DNA of 32,000 nucleotides from Nitrosopumilus maritimus SCM1 (GTDB lineage Archaea > Thermoproteota > Nitrososphaeria > Nitrososphaerales > Nitrosopumilaceae): assembly GCF_000018465.1 (NCBI RefSeq), contig NC_010085.1, positions 750,001-782,000 on the forward strand, written 5' to 3'. A program made the translations under genes and the position numbers. The notes beneath the pieces were generated by a model. It did not search any database. It saw nothing but the letters and a program-made list of their open reading frames with translations, and was not told the origin of the DNA. Below are positions 26,452 to 32,000 of this stretch, one piece after another. Numbering within the stretch: position 1 is the stretch's first letter; every line of letters begins with the position of its first letter.

Positions 26452-28128
26452 ATGGAAGAAATCTCTAGTAGAAATGTTGTAGAAGGTACTTCTCGTGCTC
26501 CACAAAGAGCAATGTACAAAGCTATGGGATTAGATGATAGTGATTTATCAAAACAAATGATTGGAGTTTGTCATACAGGAAATGAAGCAACTCCATGTAA
26601 CATCCATCTTCCAAGATTAGCTCTCAAAGCAAAAGAAGGAGTTTCAGATACGGGTGCAACACCTAGAGAGTTTTCAACAATTGCAGTAAGTGACGGAATT
26701 GCAATGGGACATGAAGGAATGAAATCATCATTAATTTCTCGTGAAGTAATTGCAGATTCTATTGAATTAATGGTAAGAGCACATCAATACGATGCACTAG
26801 TAGGAATTGCAGGGTGTGATAAGAGCCTTCCAGGTACAATGATGGCAATGGCAAGATTGAATGTTCCATCAGTGTTTGTGTATGGGGGAACTATCATGCC
26901 AGGAATGCTTAATGGAGAAGAATTAACAGTTGTAGATGTTTATGAAGCAGTTGGAGCATATGATGCAGGACAGTTATCATTAGAAGGTCTAAAAAATATT
27001 GAAAATACTGCATGTCCAAACGAAGGATCCTGTGGAGGAATGTTTACTGCAAATACTATGGCATCAATTTCAGAAGCAATTGGTCTTGCATTACCAGGCA
27101 GTGCCAGTCCACCTGCAGAAGATGATAGAAGAGAAAAGATGGTGTATGATACTGGAGTAGCATGTGCAAAAGCACTACAGATGGATATCAGACCAAGAGA
27201 AGTTCTTACTTTTGAAGCATTTGAGAATGCAATTACAATGCTAAACTCTGTTGGAGGTTCAACAAATGGAATTTTACATTTGTTAGCACTTGCAAATGAA
27301 GTTGGTATCAAATTAACATATGATGATTTTGAAAGAGTTAGAAAAAAGACACCCCACATAGCAGACATGAAACCAGGTGGAAACTATGTTATGAATTCAC
27401 TTGATAAAATTGGAGGAATTCCATTTGTATTAAAGAAACTACTTGACAAAGGACTCTTAAATGAAAATTGTATTACAATTACTGGAAAGACAATCAAAGA
27501 AAATTTGAATGCCATGGTCATGCCACAAACAGAACAACAAATAATCAGACCAATGGAGAACCCACTTCACAATGTTGGAACTGCAGTAATTCTCAAGGGT
27601 TCACTTGCACCAGATGGTGCAGTGATAAAGACTGCGGGAGTAGAAATGACAAAATTCACAGGAAAGGCTCGTGTCTTTGATAGAGAAGAATTAGCATTTG
27701 AGGCAGTAAAAAGAGGCGATATTGATGAAGGACATGTTGTAGTAATTAGATATGAAGGACCAAAAGGAGGTCCAGGAATGAGAGAGATGCTTGCAACTAC
27801 TGCAGCACTCGTAGGTCAGGGATTAGGCAAGAAAGTAGCCATGGTTACTGATGGAAGATTCTCAGGAGGAACAAGAGGGTTCATGGTAGGACATGTTGCT
27901 CCAGAAGCATATGTCGGTGGACCAATAGCACTTGTAAAAGATGATGATGAAATTACAATAGATACTGAAACTAACATAATTGATCTTCATGTGTCATCTG
28001 AAGAATTAGAAAATAGAAGAAAACAATGGAGTCCTCCAAAACCAAATTACACATCAGGGGCTTTAGCAAAATTTGCAACATTAGTTGGTTCTGCAGCTGA
28101 AGGTGCTATTACAAAACCTAATCTATAG
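26452..28128 (+). CDS. ilvD: dihydroxy-acid dehydratase
   Basis: [45 protein letters not shown]. Confidence 0.95.
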   Translation: MEEISSRNVVEGTSRAPQRAMYKAMGLDDSDLSKQMIGVCHTGNEATPCNIHLPRLALKAKEGVSDTGATPREFSTIAVSDGIAMGHEGMKSSLISREVIADSIELMVRAHQYDALVGIAGCDKSLPGTMMAMARLNVPSVFVYGGTIMPGMLNGEELTVVDVYEAVGAYDAGQLSLEGLKNIENTACPNEGSCGGMFTANTMASISEAIGLALPGSASPPAEDDRREKMVYDTGVACAKALQMDIRPREVLTFEAFENAITMLNSVGGSTNGILHLLALANEVGIKLTYDDFERVRKKTPHIADMKPGGNYVMNSLDKIGGIPFVLKKLLDKGLLNENCITITGKTIKENLNAMVMPQTEQQIIRPMENPLHNVGTAVILKGSLAPDGAVIKTAGVEMTKFTGKARVFDREELAFEAVKRGDIDEGHVVVIRYEGPKGGPGMREMLATTAALVGQGLGKKVAMVTDGRFSGGTRGFMVGHVAPEAYVGGPIALVKDDDEITIDTETNIIDLHVSSEELENRRKQWSPPKPNYTSGALAKFATLVGSAAEGAITKPNL

Positions 28129-28672
28129 AAAGTTTTTTCAAATCTAATTTTTCTTGTTCAGCAACATAGATTTTTAGTAATTCTTTCCAAGCTTTTTGAA
28201 AATCAGTTGTAAATCTTTTAAATCCTGATGTAGTGGATAAAGAAATTTTTGATTTTGGATTGTAAAATACTTCGGTTATAGAAATGCAATGAACAGCATC
28301 ATTTCTCACTTCAAATAACCTAGACATGTCTCGGGTAAATTCTGGACCAAATACTTTCCAGTCAAGAAACGTTCTAATTTTTCTGTTAATTGGAACAAGA
28401 TTAAGAAGGTAAAGTAACTCATTACTATCACTTTCATTTGAATATTTTACAATTCGTAACCGAATAATCTCATCAAACAAGAATGCCATTTTTGAGAATG
28501 CAGACAATACGCTATCTCTATTTTTTGAGATAGTCAGTTTAGAGTTAAATCCGTTTTTGATTGAACCTTCATTGATAAAGTAATGTTTGTCTTTGTCAAT
28601 TAGATATAATCGAATTTTAGGAGAAATGATTTTACTTTTTTTGAGATTTGATAAAAATTTTGAAACACTCAT
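28118..28672 (-). CDS. hypothetical protein with an RNxxxH (HEPN-type) motif
   Basis: [11 protein letters not shown] lies about 50 aa from the C-terminus, where the HEPN Rx4-6H motif normally sits. The N-terminal 100 aa are unassigned. ATG at 28672 is preferred over TTG 28693. The 3' end overlaps the ilvD stop by 11 nt (convergent). Confidence 0.45.
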   Translation of the reverse strand: MSVSKFLSNLKKSKIISPKIRLYLIDKDKHYFINEGSIKNGFNSKLTISKNRDSVLSAFSKMAFLFDEIIRLRIVKYSNESDSNELLYLLNLVPINRKIRTFLDWKVFGPEFTRDMSRLFEVRNDAVHCISITEVFYNPKSKISLSTTSGFKRFTTDFQKAWKELLKIYVAEQEKLDLKKLSID

Positions 28673-28827
28673 GTGGCAACAAAATCTTATCAATCAATTA
28701 AGGATTTGGCAGATTTTCAAGACAAGATGATCAATTTGTCCATAATCTTTATAGATCAGCGATCAGAAGTTCCTCTAGAGATAACAGGTGCAAAAATCGA
28801 TTATTCTTATCAAATTTCTGTTATCTA

Positions 28828-30519
28828 CTACAGGTCTTCTATGCCTAGAACATCATAGTATGATTTTGGAATCATCTGTTGTGCCTTGAAAAACACATTA
28901 TTTGCAGCAGCATCAAGAACATAGGTCCTAGCCCAATCATCCTCACTCCTAATAGAACGTCCAAATCCCTGTAGTAGTTTTGTCAATGTTTGAGAGGTAT
29001 ACCAAAGGGGAAATTTGTCCATCTTGGCCTTGATTCTTTTTTCCTTATAGTTAGGGTAGGGAACCTTTGCAATAATCTGAAAACGAGAAAGGTCATCTTT
29101 TAGATCAACTCCTTCCCAAAGAGAAGATGAGAGTAAAACCCCAGTAGGATCAGAGGCGTGTTCTGATATTACTTCATCTTGAGTTTTACCATCCTTGTTT
29201 TTACTGTGACATATTCTGATTCTACGAGTGTTTTTTGGAGAAAGGTATCTTAGAATTTTTTGACATCTTGGAATAGATGATGTCAAAATTAACCCACGTT
29301 CAGTAGAATGTTCATCTAGTATTCGATCAATTGTTTTGATTACTTCTAACTCATCTTCTTCAGTTGAACCATAACTTAATCTCCTAATGTTCAACAGATC
29401 AACATTTCTGTTTTCAATTGGGAATGGAGATTTTGGAGTGTCAACAAATGCAACTTCATCTTTTTTCAAACCCATATTTTCACAAAAACTTTGTTTGTCA
29501 ATTGTAGCAGACATGAAAATTTGATATTCTGTTTCAAAAAACTCGTTTGCAAATTTTGATACATCAATTGGTTTTACAGAAATAGTTCGAAAATTTCCAT
29601 TCAAATCACGTACAGGATCATTTACAACAAAATTATTTTTGTCTGAAGAAATGTCGATTTTTGCCTGTGCCGCTCTATCATATCTTCTTTCTAATCTTGA
29701 TATCAATTCATAATCAGGATCATTTTCAAAACCAGGACTTTCTTTGATATCTTTGATTTTTTTTGCATAAGAATATGCAATGTCGTCAGTTAAAGATATC
29801 ATAGAATCTAAATCAGCAAAATCATACTTGTCTGCATTAAGATTACATTCATCAACTTGTCCAGCAAAGATATCAAATCCTACAAACTGAATAATTTGAT
29901 CTTCAATTTTATGAGCCTCATCAAAAACAGAGACCTTTCTATCCAAATAATCTTCAAACAGTTTCTTGTTAAATTTCATAATTTGAAAAAATGCATGATA
30001 ATTCCAAAGAGAGTGTTTGGAGACTAGTGCCTCATATTTTTGAAGATAATAATGACATGACTGGGAATCCTGAGTGTTTTCTTCAACTTGTTTTATTGTA
30101 GGTTTGAATTTGCAGGTTTCAATTACTTCTTTACCGTTTTTACTGGTTCTTTCAATACATTCTCCTTTTTCACAGGTTAGTCCCCATCTCATAGCTCTTC
30201 TAGAATTGTCTACTTTTTCAGAAGCCATTAATTTTAAACAAGGGAAATTTTGTTTTCCTTTTACAGGTTTGAGAAAAGGTATATCCTTGATGTATTGATC
30301 CTGAAGATGTTTTGATGCAGTTACAGTAAACGAACTATCAAAAAATTTAGAAACAGTTGCACCAACTAGAGATTTTCCAACTCCGGTTGGTGCACATAGA
30401 ACGATTTTCTTGTAGCCCGAGTTAAATTGCTCTTCAATATCTGCAAGAATTTCTTTTTGAATATCTCTAGGAGTGAATTGCTCTGGAAATTTTTCTAAAA
30501 GTGACAGGATTGTTATGAT
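28828..30519 (-). CDS. XPD/Rad3/DinG-family SF2 helicase with an FeS-cluster domain (start codon unresolved)
   Basis: I extended the track ORF (ATG 30228) upstream in frame to the TAA at 30520-30522. The extension encodes ...LLEKFPEQFTPRDIQKEI...IVLCAPTGVGKS (Q motif plus Walker A). Then a Cys cluster (FPC, LTC, GEC, ETC), DEAH box VFDEAHKIED, SATI, LWEGVDL, and QGFGRSIRS. Confidence 0.85.
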   Translation of the reverse strand: MITILSLLEKFPEQFTPRDIQKEILADIEEQFNSGYKKIVLCAPTGVGKSLVGATVSKFFDSSFTVTASKHLQDQYIKDIPFLKPVKGKQNFPCLKLMASEKVDNSRRAMRWGLTCEKGECIERTSKNGKEVIETCKFKPTIKQVEENTQDSQSCHYYLQKYEALVSKHSLWNYHAFFQIMKFNKKLFEDYLDRKVSVFDEAHKIEDQIIQFVGFDIFAGQVDECNLNADKYDFADLDSMISLTDDIAYSYAKKIKDIKESPGFENDPDYELISRLERRYDRAAQAKIDISSDKNNFVVNDPVRDLNGNFRTISVKPIDVSKFANEFFETEYQIFMSATIDKQSFCENMGLKKDEVAFVDTPKSPFPIENRNVDLLNIRRLSYGSTEEDELEVIKTIDRILDEHSTERGLILTSSIPRCQKILRYLSPKNTRRIRICHSKNKDGKTQDEVISEHASDPTGVLLSSSLWEGVDLKDDLSRFQIIAKVPYPNYKEKRIKAKMDKFPLWYTSQTLTKLLQGFGRSIRSEDDWARTYVLDAAANNVFFKAQQMIPKSYYDVLGIEDL

Positions 30520-30604
30520 TTAGTCTTTATATTAAAAGCATGAAGGTTCTTGTGATATCAATAGTTGTAATCTAGTTTAATATCTAGTAAATACACTATA
30601 GATC

Positions 30605-30922
30605 ATGGAATTACTTGATGATAAGATGAGAGTTTGGTTAGAAAGTGCAAAATTTGTAAAACCAAACCCTGGTGTATACGTACTATACAACAGAAGCAAA
30701 CACCCAATATACATTGGAGAGACCAGTAATCTTGAAGAGACATTTACAAAATATGTAGATACAGATTTTGAAGATAATGAATGCATGAAAAAAACTCAAT
30801 ATTATCAAAGAGTTTTTGAAGATAACCCAAAGGAACTGCAATTACAACTAATTGAACAGTTCAGAAATGAGACGAATGAATTACCTTCCTGTAATTCTGA
30901 GATCAAAGTAGAGACACGATAG
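30605..30922 (+). CDS. stand-alone GIY-YIG-like domain protein (catalytic Arg not conserved)
   Basis: PGVYVLYNRSKHPIYIGETSNL fits GIY-(x9-11)-YIG. A later LIEQF...SCN fits the conserved Glu/Asn. The position of the usual catalytic Arg reads Thr (NLEETFTKY). Confidence 0.5.
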   Translation: MELLDDKMRVWLESAKFVKPNPGVYVLYNRSKHPIYIGETSNLEETFTKYVDTDFEDNECMKKTQYYQRVFEDNPKELQLQLIEQFRNETNELPSCNSEIKVETR

Positions 30923-30927
30923 ATTCT

Positions 30928-30946
30928 TTCAGTGCATTGCACTGAA
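30928..30946. terminator. 9-bp perfect stem hairpin after the GIY-YIG-like gene
   Basis: ttcagtgca-t-tgcactgaa, 6 nt after the stop at 30922. The function as a terminator is inferred only. Confidence 0.35.
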
Positions 30947-30985
30947 GACCTACTGGATTAATAGAAAAAATATGAAATTCTCAAC

Positions 30986-31231
30986 ATGGGAAACGCAATG
31001 ATTTATGCAGGTATTGCAATTGGAGTAGCTGCATTGGCTGGAATTATGGTCTATGCACACGATAACCAAGAAAATTATCTTAGAGATGATGCAGTACTAG
31101 CACCCGCTGCAGAACAAGGCGCATTTTCATCAGATACTGGAATGGTCCAACTGAATAAAGAACAGTGGCATGAAGATCCATTTGGTGATAGAGCAGCTGA
31201 AGTTAGAGCAGCATACGAGTCTGGTGGATAA
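30986..31231 (+). CDS. small membrane-anchored protein
   Basis: 81 aa with an N-terminal TM (MIYAGIAIGVAALAGIMVYA). Locally higher GC, and protein-like compared with the antisense ORF 31075..31293. Confidence 0.5.
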   Translation: MGNAMIYAGIAIGVAALAGIMVYAHDNQENYLRDDAVLAPAAEQGAFSSDTGMVQLNKEQWHEDPFGDRAAEVRAAYESGG

Positions 31232-31320
31232 CCCACCAAGTTTCTTTTTATTTTATTTTTCATCATTCTACACCTAATCATTGGAGAAAACAATTAATCT
31301 AAGAATGCAGTAATTTAGCA

Positions 31321-31452
31321 ATGCATCAATGCTATTACTGTGAACAGATTTTTGATTCAAAAGAAGCACTATATGACCATGTAGAAGTACATTCAGATGC
31401 AGAAAGAAATAAGGAAATAATGGATAGAAAAAAGAAGGCACAAAAAAACTAA
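31321..31452 (+). CDS. 43-aa classical C2H2 zinc-finger protein, absent from the ORF track
   Basis: MHQCYYCEQIFDSKEALYDHVEVHSDAERNKEIMDRKKKAQKN has exact Cx2Cx12Hx3H spacing with the conserved Phe and Leu, followed by a basic tail. Confidence 0.5.
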   Translation: MHQCYYCEQIFDSKEALYDHVEVHSDAERNKEIMDRKKKAQKN

Positions 31453-31539
31453 ATTTTCAGCCTCAATTAAAAAAAATAGAGTAAAGGTAAGAAATAATCA
31501 CATTCAGGTGGTGATATAACAACTTGGTTTCAAAACAAT

Positions 31540-31806
31540 ATGGATTGGGTTGAAGCATTACTTCGTAAATCATGTGACAGAACACTAACCAAAGAAGAAG
31601 TCCTTCACAGCCTATTTCACATGATTGAAATTAATGAAAACACTATGCATCAAATTCAGTCAGACAAAAGAGATTTTGGACCAGAGTTAGAAGAACTAAA
31701 ACAAACTGAGATTAGAGACTTGGACTTCCATCTAAAATATTATCGAAGTTTGGTAAATTACATTAATTCAGTTCATGAAAATAAAATTTTTGAGAATCAG
31801 CACTAA
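31540..31806 (+). CDS. hypothetical protein
   Basis: 88 aa, ATG start, helical and charged. No motif recognised. Confidence 0.5.
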   Translation: MDWVEALLRKSCDRTLTKEEVLHSLFHMIEINENTMHQIQSDKRDFGPELEELKQTEIRDLDFHLKYYRSLVNYINSVHENKIFENQH

Positions 31807-31946
31807 TCATTCCAAGAAACAGTGTACGCAACAAATGTTTTTGGCAGTGGTTTTTTTGTGCTTATTCCCCATTCTTCTGAAGTGTGACCTGAATTAAGTT
31901 CAGATACTTCACCCCAATTGAATTTAGGCAATTTGGCAGTTTCCAT
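31803..31946 (-). CDS. possible 47-aa small protein
   Basis: My translation is METAKLPKFNWGEVSELNSGHTSEEWGISTKKPLPKTFVAYTVSWND. Supported only by the open frame and non-repetitive composition. Confidence 0.2.
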   Translation of the reverse strand: METAKLPKFNWGEVSELNSGHTSEEWGISTKKPLPKTFVAYTVSWND

Positions 31947-32000
31947 ATTTTGGCATCAAAAAAATAGATTATAAAAAATCAGTCTGCACTGCAAGACATT

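Noticed and set aside
17293-27680. Remaining internal or antisense track ORFs (17293..17484, 17405..17647, 20290..20556, 21054..21257, 21788..21976, 21825..22028, 23446..23661, 24497..24754, 24711..24905, 26940..27368, 27468..27680)
   Set aside because: All are embedded in confidently identified genes (purP, phnD, the wHTH genes, cbtA, the DsbA-like gene, aRF1, ilvD), on the other strand or in another frame.
28118-28128. Convergent or end-on gene overlaps (ilvD/HEPN-motif gene 11 nt; aRF1/HIT 8 nt at 25045..25052; SHOCT-like gene/aminotransferase 4 nt at 8109..8112)
   Set aside because: Short 3' overlaps are normal in compact, streamlined genomes. No evidence of antisense regulation can be drawn from sequence alone.
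28673-30786. Track ORFs 28673..28858 (+), 30074..30298 (+) and 30577..30786 (-)
   Set aside because: The first spans the helicase/HEPN intergenic region and runs into the helicase 3' end. The second is antisense within the helicase. The third is antisense to the GIY-YIG-like gene. All have implausible compositions.
31075-31293. 72-aa minus-strand ORF antisense to 30986..31231
   Set aside because: Ser/Ala/Cys-rich shadow frame of a locally GC-richer CDS. The + strand product has a clean N-terminal TM helix.

Overview
AT-rich, tightly packed archaeal chromosome segment. Gene content suggests a marine ammonia-oxidising thaumarchaeon (Nitrosopumilus-like): archaeal aRF1, PurP, an archaeal-type AspRS with GatCAB, CbtAB, PhnCDE, TTTAAATA-type TATA boxes and many apparently leaderless genes. 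This taxon call is an inference, since no database search was possible. All product calls come from motifs read in the supplied translations. Most of the window is ordinary housekeeping: an aspS-gatCAB operon, AMP-forming acyl-CoA synthetase, aminotransferase, purP, phnDCE, cbtAB, a PduO-type corrinoid adenosyltransferase, aRF1, a HIT protein, ilvD, tRNA-Phe and a class III nucleotidyl cyclase. There is no CRISPR array, rRNA, transposase or integrase. Three things deserve a second look. (1) At 28.1-30.9 kb, a nucleic-acid-enzyme cluster: an XPD/DinG-family FeS helicase with no canonical start codon, a downstream protein with an RNxxxH (HEPN-type) motif, and a divergently transcribed GIY-YIG-like protein lacking the catalytic Arg. 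This is the best candidate here for an undescribed defence or repair module, but it could equally be a core XPD gene with unrelated neighbours. (2) A 23-nt sequence present twice in inverted orientation (22/23 identical) brackets two tandem winged-helix regulator genes. Each copy sits just upstream of a TATA box, one for the regulator pair and one for phnDCE, suggesting a shared operator. (3) Several tiny Cys/His ORFs fall below the ORF-track cutoff, including a textbook C2H2 zinc finger (31321..31452) and a zinc ribbon apparently coupled to the cyclase. Also noted are a Lys-rich 7-aa-repeat protein with an acidic tail, and an ORF with a perfect anti-16S Shine-Dalgarno sequence positioned for an ATA codon rather than its first canonical start.
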